From the human T2T-CHM13v2.0 reference genome, Homo sapiens: DNA of 64,000 nt. Below, in pieces: positions 42,064 through 54,981 of the stretch. The stretch lies in NCBI RefSeq assembly GCF_009914755.1, contig NC_060945.1; one strand, given 5' to 3'. The notes beneath the pieces were generated by a model. It saw nothing but the letters and a program-made list of their open reading frames with translations, did not search any database and was not told where the DNA came from. Within the stretch, counting starts at the first letter, position 1. The number at the start of each line of letters is the position of its first letter. Both the position numbers and the translations under genes were made by a program.

Positions 42064-44241
42064 ATCTCAGTTTTTGTTGGTGCTGAGGATTTTTCGGAGT
42101 TCAGCTCCATGTTCCATCCCACTCGTGGCTGCTGTGCACCTCAAGGTCAGTCACTTATCTCTCACGGAGGAATTTCTCACAGCAAGTCTAATGACTGAAG
42201 CTACATTGTGCTGCATGTTTGGGTTTTGGGACATTGCACCTTCCCACACCACACAGGAGCCAAGAATTACCCAACAACATGACACTGCTTCTCTTTTGGA
42301 CTTACTGTGCCACAGTGAATTGTTTTCTTTGCTTCCTTGCAGTGTTTAACGTTGATGCAGGATCACTGTCTTGGGAGTTGCCTCACGCTGTTTTCTCTCT
42401 CTCAAACACATGCATTCACATTCACACACACACATATAGCCCCAGAAAATTGTGAGCTCCAATTTCGTTATATCAGCCTTTCTTTCAATATGTGGAAAAC
42501 CTCTCACTGTTATTTTATCTCAAGCTGGGAAGCCATTGTACATGAGAATATATCTGATATCCCCATAATTCTTATCTCTCTTCTGATTCACTTTGCTTCA
42601 TCGGAGAAGGGATGGACTGTTTGTTGCCTCCTCCAACCTGGAAGGAATCCCCCAAGCTTAGCTTTTTCTTCATTCTGAGAAGGTACCGAATTTGCCCCTT
42701 CACTTAAATTCTTTAGCAGCATCAACAAAATAGCACCAAGTATTTTGGAGATCGAAAGTTGATTCAGGCTAGGAGTTACAGTCTAAGCACAGGTGCACTT
42801 AAATCTAACTAATCTAACTATGGATCCTTCAGAAACAAATAAACCTGAACCCTGTCCCCACATGTAACCTGAGATTATTAGACTAGAGATCCTGGAGACA
42901 CCTTCAGGCTAGAATCATCCAAGATTCTGAGATGCCTGAAATACTTGCATTGAAAAAACTTAAACAAAAGGTTGTTTCTGTATTTAGCCACTCCAATTTA
43001 TTTGCCATTTAAAAATTTATCTGTCATCCTTTCCCTATCTTTATGAATACTTTGGAGTGCATTCTTTGTAAACTGTGTTTTCTTTGTATAATACTTAATC
43101 TTGGTACTAAACATAAATGTCCCTGGCTATAATATAAAGAGCTCCTGCAACTGATTGGAGGCCTGAGAAACAGAATTGCTGTTTACTACTTAAAACATTT
43201 AAATGGTTGATTTTATGGAAAGTGGGAGTTTTTCAGCCTGGTGAAATATTTTTCCTATGGCTACATCGCAGCACACTTCATAGCAGTTCAAACACATCTC
43301 CTCAGTGAGTCCATGCATGGCTTTTGAATGAACCAATTAAGTAATGAGTAAATTGTTAGATATTTCTTTGATTATAGATGTCGATTTTATTTGGGTAATC
43401 ACTGTTACCATGTGCTACTGAAAACCTACACATGCCTTGTAATATTCTTTCTAAATTGTTTATTTTAAAGAAGGGTATGCCTTTAGAAATATTTTGGAAT
43501 GTGTAATATAAAGTTCATGTTACAGTAATTTTATGATTGGCACTTAACAAAAGAAATTAGTATATTCTCACATTAATGGTAACATCTTTCATAAGTCTCT
43601 CATTTTAGTGCTTCTAATTAAAATCATTATTTTTCTAATGTGGAAGAGGGTGTTTTCCTTTTTCTCTACAATATTTTGTAGTAGCATTTGCAGTACTCTG
43701 ATAAGTTTCACATTTTCTGACAATGTACATCAAAGTTTACTGTTAAGCAATGTAAGTGTTGAATATCTAGTAGTATCATATAATTCATGAAAGAAAGGAA
43801 GGCAAAACCTTCTGACTGAACCTTTATGTGACAGATATGTTTGATTTCTGATTTGTCAGGTTTCTACACAAGGTTTATGCTAACCTTAGTCTGGAGAGAG
43901 AATACCCACATTGGGGAAGACAAAGCACTTACATAAGCATCTGGAGACTTAGGTATTAGGCACAGTGCAAACACTCCTGTAATTTAATTTAGTACTGCGT
44001 AATATTAGTGGTGATAAAAAAATCTTACACTATGTTCTATGTTGACTTCATCAAGGCAGCTAATAACTTACATGTCTAAGTGTTGCCTGTTGAAATAAAC
44101 TTGGATTGGATGTATAATTTGGGATTAGCTGCCTCTTCAAGATATTTTAGTTTTAATTAAATATCACTCTCAAAGTAAGTGATGAGTGACCTGTTCCTGG
44201 TCTCATAATGTACTCAGGGCCTAACTACCACATAAGCACAG

Positions 44242-44261
44242 ATTGGTTGACTCATGACTCA
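44242..44261. promoter_or_regulatory. Tandem AP-1 sites next to an inverted CCAAT box
   Basis: ATTGG-T-TGACTCA-TGACTCA. Confidence 0.45.
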
Positions 44262-45502
44262 GACAACGTTCCCCAGCCTAATTGGCACTAAGATATATTT
44301 CCTACTTTTATTTACATTAAATGATATAAGACAAAAAGGATTTACTTTAAAACAAAAATATGAGACAGGTGGTCCTATTGCTTACTGGTTTTTGAATCTT
44401 AACGTAATGATTTTACTTTTACTAATAAACTAATTGCTAGGTATTTCTATGCAATAATGTTTACTTATGTTTGGAGTTGTGACTTCTATATTTACTTCTT
44501 AAATGTATTGCAGCTATTTAATTCATACAATGCGTTTTAGGAAAATAATCATTTCCCTCCATTTTCAAAACAAAAGCATATTCAAAGTAGCGTAAGCCTC
44601 CTTTCATAAATATTTTCTTTTTAGTATGATGTATTTCACTTTAATTTTTTGGTGAGCCCAGGTTTCTACATGCTTGACCTTTGGGAGATTTTCAAAACCT
44701 ATTTGATTTTTTTTTCAGTTCTGTGGCTTGATGTCTGATGGGCCTGTAATGATTATATAATACATTGCCTGACCATCATGGCCTTCCCTAGTTCATCATC
44801 TCTGCACTTTTTAAAACAGATATTCTCATCTTCTCTTTTAGTTATTTTTTTTTTATTTGAACCTTATTTTTCCATTTTATTCAATTGGCCTCTTTTGGAC
44901 ATCAATTAGTTTTTCAGTACTGATTATTTAGATGACATTTTTGTACATTTTATGTTCACATGTGATATGTGTATGTTTGAAATGAAAAACACCCACATAC
45001 TACTGAATAAAACAAGTCTACTGAGAATGAAATAAATTTAAAATTGCTTTTTATTGGATTCAACTTTTAAACTCAATAAAAATCTAAAAAGAATGTATTT
45101 AATTTTTGTTTTATTTTTGCTAAAGTACATATTCATGTATGCACAAATATTTTAGCATGTATTTTCTTCCAGACCTGTGCTGGGTTTATAGACTAAGATT
45201 AATAAGGCAAGACATTGTCACTATTTTCCAAGAGCGTATCATCCAGTGGAGAGACAAATGTGCCAATAAAATTTCATATGTGTTAAGTGCTCCTAGCAAA
45301 TAGTACAGAAACTAAAAACAAACAGCCTTTTTCAGTTTTAGATTAATTTTAACTTAAATAGCACTAAATTATTTTGTGTAGGGTAATATCATGCCTTTAA
45401 ACTTTCTTTGTGCTTTCTGCATATTAAAATTATGTAATGCTTATCAAGCTATTTCTGTGCAGTGTGTTATATGCTCTAAGAAAAAGTATTACAGAATTTT
45501 AG

Positions 45503-45562
45503 AAGACAATGAAAGGCTATTTGGAGTACTATTTATAAGACAATGTGGCTATTTGGAGTACT
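45503..45562. repeat. ~34-bp tandem duplication (AAGACAATG..GGCTATTTGGAGTACT x2)
   Basis: Read directly from the sequence. Confidence 0.85.
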
Positions 45563-45738
45563 CATGTATGACTGATAGGAATATTCATAGTTGAGAAAAA
45601 GGAAAGAGTTCTAATAAATAAGGAACAAAATGTGAAAAGAAATAGAGTAATAAAAAAGTGGGGCCTTTAGCAAAATTTCCTGATAGTTTACTATTTTTTG
45701 TTTGTGTTATTTTGATTTGGTTAGAAATAAGTTCTAGT

Positions 45739-45952
45739 CAATGAGAACACTTGGACACAGGAAGGGGAACATCACACACCGGGGCCTGTCATGGGGTGAG
45801 GGGAGTGGGGAGGGATAGCATTAGGAGATATACCTCATGTAAATGATGAGTTAATGGGTGCAGCACACCAACATGGTGCATGTATACATATGTAACAAAC
45901 CTGCATGTTGTGCACATGTACCCTAGAACTTAAAGTATAATTTAAAAAACAA
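45739..45952 (+). mobile_element. Severely 5'-truncated L1PA (L1PA5-like, ~214 bp) with perfect 16-bp TSD
   Basis: TSD AGAAATAAGTTCTAGT at 45723-45738 and 45953-45968; TT|AGAA site. Confidence 0.95.
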
Positions 45953-46229
45953 AGAAATAAGTTCTAGTAAGGTCAGGTGATGTCCAGATTGTTAAAAAGC
46001 TTAAATGATAAAGTGTGAAGGAGTTTGGATTTTATTTATACACAGTGGGAAGTATATTTGTTCTAGAGATTGTAGACATATTAGACTGCCATAGTCCAAA
46101 TCAATGCTGATCACATTTTAATGTGTGCTGCAATCAACTTAAATTATACATTGTGATTACTCTGAAATGGCACCTGAGATCTGTACTACAAAGAAGCTCC
46201 TAATTGAGGTCACTAGTGTTGGACTGGTA

Positions 46230-46490
46230 ACCACTTTCTGAGTAGCAATGGTTAGCATCTGGAAGTTACTTAAATATGAGACTCCTTGGCCCTACACCAA
46301 ATATACTGAATCAGAATTTCCAGTGATGAGACCAAAACTAAATTTAAAAACTACACACATATACCAGAAAAAAACACGCACACATACACACACATGCGCG
46401 CGCGCGCGCACACACACACACACACACTTCCTCAGATGTTTCTGATAAATTCAATACCTGACCTGACTCAATTTTGCAGAATATTCACTA
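46230..46490. mobile_element. MER5A-like remnant containing a CA/CG microsatellite
   Basis: agcatctggaagttacttaaatatgagactccttggccctacacc...atactgaatcagaatttcc. Confidence 0.6.
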
Positions 46491-46816
46491 GAGCAGCCTA
46501 GCAATGGGGAGACTAAAACTAAGCAAGAATGAAGAGAGACATATTTAAGGGACATTTAAAAAAAGAATGAGTTGGATATTTTGAGTATTTATATTTGAGA
46601 AAAGGAGATATAATCTTATACATTTCTCAGTTATCTGGCAAATAGGCTCAGTGGATAACAATTACATTACTGAAGATGAGGATTAAGGAATAAGGTAAGA
46701 CAGAAAGAGAATGCTCTTGAATTTTGATATGCCAAATTTGAGACATGTAAATTTTTCAAAGTAATATGGTATTTAATGTATTAGCAAATATGTTTCCAGA
46801 CTCCAAAATGATAATA

Positions 46817-46823
46817 GGGACAT

Positions 46824-46859
<36 letters not shown>

Positions 46860-46901
46860 GACATGCATTCACACACATACACACACACACACACACACAC
46901 A
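46817..46901. repeat. Tandem duplication of GGGACATGCATT(CA)n
   Basis: Two units starting at 46817 and 46858. Confidence 0.92.
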
Positions 46902-46949
46902 ATCTGTAATTAAAATATAGAAAAGGGAATAAAGGGATAAGGAGATGGT

Positions 46950-47200
46950 GGGCATATAGAAGCTGAGTCTCAAGTGCTTGAGAAGGACCAAACAAATGGC
47001 TGGATTCAAATCTGGTTTCACCGTATATTGGCTGAGTGGCCAGTAGCAATGACACAATCCTTTGCCTCAGCCTTCTCATCTCTAAAACAAGATTGAAATA
47101 TCTACCTTATAGTAGTATCTACTTTATAGAAATGTTTGAGGAATAAAGTAGTTATTGTGGGTATGCATAGTAAATATCATATATGTTTGTAGTACAGGAA
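46950..47200 (+). mobile_element. MIR remnant
   Basis: ctggattcaaatctggtttcacc...tgcctcagccttctcatctctaaaa. Confidence 0.65.
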
Positions 47201-47775
47201 GATAGATAGAACACCAAGAGAAGAAAACAAAGAAGATATTGCTAAGAAACAAATATTTAAGGGATACATGGTAGAAGAGATACCATATACTACTATATAC
47301 TATACTATATACTATCCTTACTAATATAAGAATAGTCAGGAAAGTGAGCAAACTATAAATATGGAGGTGTCAGGAAACAGGAGGGTCAAAGAACAAAGTA
47401 GTTGGCAGTATCTCATTCTTAAGTAAAATAAAAATGAAAACTGAAAACTATTATTGGGTTGGAAAATGAGAAGATTATGGTTTATTTTAAGAACACTAAA
47501 CTTATTAGTAGAATGGAGAGGACAGAATAAAAAACAAAGAAAGAATGGATACTAGAAAGTTCATTTTTTAAAACAATGTAATGACAAGTAGGATATACTG
47601 TATTAATTTGAGAGGGTTAGGGAGATAATTTTTTAATATTATTTGGTTATTTTGTTTTATTTTCTCTTTTGGTTTTAAATTTATTATTATTTCTTGTTTA
47701 GGATGAAACTTTATTAAAGAGTGTGCATAGCTTGACAGGAAAAGTGCTATAGAAAAAGAATCACTAAGAAGTTTA

Positions 47776-48073
47776 GGCCGGGTGCGTTGGCTCATGCCTG
47801 TAATCCCAGCACTTTGGGAGGCTGAGGCAGGCAGATCACCTGAGGTCGGGAGTTTGAGACCAGCATGAAGAACATGGAGAAACCCTGTCTCTACTAAAAA
47901 TACAAAATTAGCCGGGCGTGGTGGCGCATGGCTGTAATCCCAGCTACTTGGGAGGCTGAGGCAGGAGAATCACTTGAAGCCGGGAAGCTGAGGTGTGGTG
48001 AGCTGAGATCGCACCATTGCACTCCAGCCTGGGCGACAAGAGCTAAACTCTGTCTGAAAAAAAAAAAAAAAAA
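47776..48073 (+). mobile_element. Alu (AluSp-like)
   Basis: Diagnostics gaggtcgggagtt and aacatggagaaaccc; A tail. Confidence 0.95.
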
Positions 48074-49036
48074 TTTTAATCACTTAGCCCTAGAAGGATT
48101 CAGATGACCTAATAGCAGGGACATCTATTTTCCTAATTTAGGATGAGAAGATCAAAGAGGTTTGAGTACAGATATAAAGATGTATGCAGGTAAAGAGGAA
48201 CTACACTAAAATCTTTAACTTTATTTTCTTGTTACAATTAGAAGAAACAATAAAAATAATTTTTAAAAAATATTCATGAATTCCTAAAATGTTTGACGTT
48301 AGAGAATTTCTCTCCTAAGTGATCCAAAATTTCTGAAATTGTTTGAATATTGTAGCATTTTTCAGAATCAAATAACACACATAGGCTGTTGTAATGCACT
48401 GTTATAAAAATCCAATAACAAGGAGAGAATAATTAAATAACGTAAATAATTATTTTGCAGCAGATAACATTTTAAAATATGTTTCAATGAGAAAATTGTA
48501 TTCATTTGCTATAATCAATAATTTATAAGAACATTTTAAGGAGTAATACTCTGAGATTTTCTATAATTACTAAATAAATATCTTAGTCTTTTAACACTGT
48601 TAATGTGGAAGCCTAGAAAAATAAAAAAAGTGCTTGTTGAAAAATGTTGCAGCTCGTTGTCCCAAGATCAATCAGTGTCTTAAGTTATCTCCACATGTCT
48701 TATGAAATTCTAAGTGAACCAAAGCAGGCTCTGTGTCAGACAGTTAGAAGGCTGGTTCAGTTGTCAGTTTTTAAATCTCTGTAGGTGATAAACTCATTTT
48801 AAATGCCACTGCTAAATGTTGTATCAAATAGCAAAGGGCGCTTGGTACCCTGATGGAACTTAGAAATGCTAATATATTCATTATATTTATATTACTATAA
48901 ATTTTAAAAATATCTTTTGAATATCTGTTTGCTCTGGGTGCTTACTTATAAATATTAATTTAATCTCTGTTATGATAATGATTATCTTCGATATAATGTT
49001 ACCTATGTTTTATTTTGAGAAATAATCTTTATTTAA

Positions 49037-49390
<354 letters not shown>

Positions 49391-52300
49391 TTATGGCCTT
49401 ATATTTTCCCCTCCATTAACTGATTATGAGAAATATCCAAAATTCTGTCTCCCTACCTTTCTCGTAGGTAAACACTCATAGTAAAATTCTTTGTCATATC
49501 AATAACCCTTGTGTCAACAGAGGTAGAAAATCTTAACATCTTTGACTTTTCTCCTTTATCACTAATGCTTTAACTGATCACAGATGTAACGTACCTTGAA
49601 TCTTTTCTTACATCTATTCTCTACCTTTTCATATTCTTTGCCACAGGTAAACTTATATATTTATCACAAGATACCCTCTTGTTTTTATCTCCCTTCATTC
49701 AATTTGTCAGTAATTTTACCTCACAACTAGTGTTTACCAAATGCCAATTTTATCATGTATGTTTTTATTTATAAGTAATTTTGGACAAAAATTCAAGTCA
49801 GTTGTTTCTGATATTCTCCTGAGTGTTTTCCAAACTATTTTTCCAATATTTCAGCAATATTCTAGATGAGATGGACCTTGTCTATACTGACCTACTAATT
49901 TCCTAAATGTTCCTTGAACACTTCAGCCTTACCCAATGTGGAATGCCCTTATTCTTTTCTATCCTTTTATAACAATATCTATGGCATTTTTTATCTTTTT
50001 ATGTTTCATTGTCGTCTATAAAGTCTTCTTGATCATAAATTTTATAATGGGCAAACTTGATACACCCCATCTTATTTTATTTTTCATAATTTTATGTACC
50101 CCATAGTCCTCCCAAATACATCTTAAACCCCTTGATATTAGAAAGTATTTCTTGCTATTTTTGAGTATGATCATATTTAGAAGAGGGATTTGCAAAATAC
50201 ATATAGTTAATAAATACTTATGAGTATAGTACATAATTTTTAATTTACCCAACTCTACTTATAAGATTGTTATTTCATGCACTTCTTTGGGAATTATTCA
50301 CAGAGAACATATATTCATCATGCATTTACTTTTGAGTCCTTGGGTTTAAAACTTTTCCTTACCTTAAGTAAGAAATTTGTGATGATATTTATGGATAGCT
50401 ATCAAATGTTTCATTCTTGTCCAATTTTCTCCAAACATAAATTTTTGACATTAGGAAACAATTTAGTTTTCTTCTGGCTGCCATAGGTGATAAACTCATC
50501 ACTTACCTTATATTGATTTGGGTCAAAAATCAGCCACTAGGGCAAGATTAAGGCACAACCTCAAATTTTAGTTATGTAGGATTTACTAATATGCCAATGT
50601 TTTAATATATATGTATAGTTCAATTAGAGCAAATCTGGTCTTTGGGAAATATAGTGAAGTAGAGAATTATATTTTCTTTATATATTTTAAACATATATAG
50701 CAATGAAATATATCATTGTGCCCATTCACCAAAATGTCCATGAATAATATGGCTTAATTAATATGTGCATTGGTAATTTGTACTGAATGAAAAATTAACC
50801 AGATGTTTAATATAAATAAATTAATTAATTTCATGTTCAATTTTATTTTATTAAAATGAATTAAGATCAACAAATCAGTATAAACAGTTTTCAGAACTGT
50901 ATTTGACTTTTAAAATTTCTATAGCTTTCAAGTTCTTTTTTATAAACCCTTCCTTAGAAAAGCAAATTTACTCCTAAGGTCAGTGGTAGGCATTAAGTAA
51001 TAATTCACACACATTTCTTAGATTCCTGATATCCTTAAATGAAGTCATTCCAAAATTATATGTTGTCAATACAGTCGGTGTTCTATAACTAGCACATGAT
51101 AAGCTCTTCGTAAGTGTCAATTATTCTGCCATTCATTCATATATTATTAGTTTGGGAGAAATAAAGTTTGATGAATGAGCCCTCACTTCCAGAAATTTAT
51201 ATTTAAATAAGGTAGAGAACCAAATAGAATGATCAACAAAATAAGTTTTATTTGTTTAATGGAAATTCCTACTGATCAAAGATATTGATGTATTTATTGA
51301 TACCATAGATGGGTCTATCACACACTGTTTTGTAAAGTTCATGATATTTTATGTTTTCTTTGAAGATAGAAAGTAGGAAGCCATGAGGGGTTGTATAGAA
51401 AAAGGAGATTAGAACAGACAAAACAGTTTGGGCAAATGCACAATGGTAGGCAAGTGTGAGTCAGTTGGGGAGAGGAGAGAGAATGAATCCTAGGTGATCA
51501 TAGCTGCAGAAGCATTGGAAATGAGTAATAGCAAATAAACTTGGAAAGGCAAGTTTCCTTCCAATTATAATTTGTATGGTAAGGGACAAATTAAATCAAT
51601 TTTGAAGATCTTTGAGCAGAAGAGTGAAATTAAACATAGTTTTAGAAATATATGCATGCAGTAGTCTGACAAATACATTAGAGGGAAAAGAGATTAAAGA
51701 GGCAAAAGTGAGAAAAAATATGGCAGATGAAATATATTGGATTAAAATTAATGAGTGCGTGTATTTAAAAATAAAAAAATGCATACAAATAGTTTATATT
51801 GGCAATGTTTGAAAATTGATTGATGGTGACTAAAAATGGGACAGTGAACCGTGAGCAAATTTTGATGTTAGAGGAATATGTTTGGTTTGCATACAGAAAA
51901 TTTGAAATTGAAGTATGCTAATGTTAACTGCAGGTTGAAGATGGCAAGATTAGATTTTGAGAAAGTACAGTTTTAGGGGAAATAAGATTATATCTTAAAG
52001 AAGAAAGTAAAGGGAAGAAAGAAAAGAGAAGACACATAATTATAATTTCCCCTCCCTTTTTTTTTCAAACTTGTAATATATTTTCTGCTTCTTTCCCTTC
52101 TATCCATAAACATTCTCAAGTCTTCTCAATTTATAAAATCCATGCCCTACTGCCCAGAATTGTGGATTCCAGTAACCCCATACATCTCTTCAGATTCAAG
52201 CTTCTTATAAGGGCAATCTCAAATTTCTTGAGTTCTGCATTTTGCCTCTGTTGACCTCATTCCACTTAAGCTAACTTCAAAAAGAAAATTGTTTACTTAT

Positions 52301-53166
52301 TTAAAGGAAAAAGACATCTGAATTTTCACTGGATTTGGCATTAATGGTTTATCTACAAGAAAAGTAGGCAAGGGAGAAAAAGAGAGTACCTAAAATCTAT
52401 TTTTCCCTTGGCTACTTTTCTTATTCTTTCTGACTTGCACTTTTATTTTTCTTTCTGAAACGTTAGATATATTTGAACATTTATTGAGCCTCTATAATAT
52501 CACAACCATTCTCTGAGTATTGGTAAATTATGAATAAAAATAGGACCCAGGAAAGTCATGTAGACCCTGCCCAAGTTTTCCAGAGAGGTTTCTGGAAAGG
52601 AGGAAGGAATTTAACAATTTAAGGTGGAGACTGTGAGGAAACATATTTTAAAGAGCTTAAACAGCATAATTACCAGGGTTTTATTTATTTATTTTTTTTG
52701 GTAAATATTTTGTTGCTTCCTCCTGTTCTTTATTACACATTTTATTTCTTTAAATACTTTCAATGTAGTTGTGTTATATTCTTAGTCTAAAAATTATGTT
52801 AGTTGAAATCTCATGGGTTTATTTCTCCTATTTGCTGTTTCAGCTGACTCCTGCTTACAGGCCTTATTTCACCATGTGTTTTATAATGTCAGACTACACC
52901 CCCAGATTGAAGACAGCCTCATTTATACAACTATTGGCCAGTATGAGCCTATGATATGGTTCTTCTGAATGGTTTTTGTGATTGCTTTTGCCACTTAGCT
53001 GTGAGCCCTACACGTGAGACTGCTTTTTAGTTTTTCCAGGTTGAAGTTTTCCAAAGAACACGTTTATAATTAAAATCCCAAACATGGGATATGGCAAAAC
53101 TTCTGGTTTATCTAATGAGAAACATTTTCCCCCTTCCCAGCTTGGGGGAGGCAAGTTTCCTTGTAA

Positions 53167-53530
<364 letters not shown>

Positions 53531-54060
53531 GTCGTTATCTGGTGTTCTATCACAGCCTGTTGTTCTGGGAAAACTTGGATCCTATCTGTGTGTAGTCTGT
53601 GTTCACTGAAATAAGCATTTTGGTTACTATGATCAATAAATTCCCAGTGCAGGTTCGTACTCTAGTTTCAGATCTTCCTTGATTGACCTCTTGCAGCTTT
53701 GTCACTTTACCAAAAGCTCAAGTACGTGCATTTGAGCACGTGGAAGGTGAGACGGAGTTTGGAAAGTGGTCATGCTCTCTTTTCTACCATATTGTTAGAA
53801 ATATGTCAATTCATATTAAAATAACACTTTGCTTATCTTCTAAACTTCTAGATATTCAAGTATTTTATTTCAAATTTCACAAAAAAATTATTTAAAATAT
53901 CAGGCATCTCCTCTCTTTTATTGTCCTGGGTCCTTCACTTAACTTTCTGATCTTGTGAAAATCAGTGCTGCTTCATCTTACTCTGTGCAGTGCTTTCTTT
54001 CCTTTGTATGCCTGCCTTCACAGACAATTTTTAGTAGGTGTCTACATGTAGTTAATTTGC

Positions 54061-54080
54061 GTGTGTGTGTGTGTGTGTGT
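54061..54080. repeat. (GT)10 microsatellite ~390 nt upstream of exon 2
   Basis: Read directly from the sequence. Confidence 0.93.
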
Positions 54081-54468
54081 AGTTGTTGTAATGATAATAT
54101 AGGATTTATACAACTGTTGGGCAAACATCTTTTTTTTAGCTATTGCCCAATGTGGTCACACATATAAGACCTAATCTCTGAATAAGGAACAGATTGTCTG
54201 AGTGTGAATTTGTTCATTTACTTGACTAACAGAATTTCAGACTATCAGCTTGAAGAAGTGCTGTATTTAGTCTGATGGTTAAATGCATAATAAAGTAATA
54301 TGTATAATGGTAGATCATGTTTTACAAAACTTTCATTTTTCTTTATAGGTAATAAAAAATTGGGGGGAAATAATCAGCGTTTGGACCATGTGGTTTAGAC
54401 ATCATGCATTAAAATCTTAGAAATCACGCTTAAAAATCACCATTAATTGTTTCCCAATTTTTTTTCAG

Positions 54469-54543
54469 CTCTTCTTCAAGTGACAATTTCACTTAGCAAA
54501 GTAGAGCTTAGTGTTGGAGAATCTAAATTCTTCACATGTACAG
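54469..54543 (+). CDS. NCAM2: NCAM2 exon 2 (75 nt, phase 1-1): (A)[24 protein letters not shown](A), N-terminal half of Ig domain 1
   Basis: Acceptor tttttcag|CT and donor CAG|gtacgt. The translation matches the mature N-terminus of NCAM2 as I recall it and contains the first Ig cysteine. Confidence 0.97.
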
Positions 54544-54663
54544 GTACGTATTTCTGTAAATACCTTCAGATAACGTGGTTTCTGTTAAAATATTAATAAA
54601 ATGTGTTGGCTAAATTTAACTAGTTAAAAACTCAGTTCTCTAACAATAACATCTTACAGTTGG

Positions 54664-54981
54664 TTTTTTGTTTTTGTTTTTGTTGTTTTTGAGACAGAGC
54701 CTCGCTCTGTCTCCCAGACTGGAGGGCGGTAGTGTGATCTCGGCTCACTGCAATCTCCCCCTCCTGGGTTCAAGCCGTTCTCCTGCCTCAGCCTCTTCAG
54801 TAGCTGGACTACAGGTGCTCACCACCATGCCTGGCTAATTTTTGTCTTTTTGTGTTTTTGTAGTAGAGACGGGGTTTCACCATGTTGGCCAGGCTGGTCT
54901 CAAACTTCTGACCTCAAGTGATCCGCCCGCCTTGGCCTCCTGAAGTGCTGGGATTACAGGTGTGAGCCATCATACCTGGCC
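54664..54981 (-). mobile_element. AluSx/Sz-like, antisense, 120 nt downstream of exon 2
   Basis: Full reverse Alu dimer with a (T5G)n tail. Confidence 0.94.
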
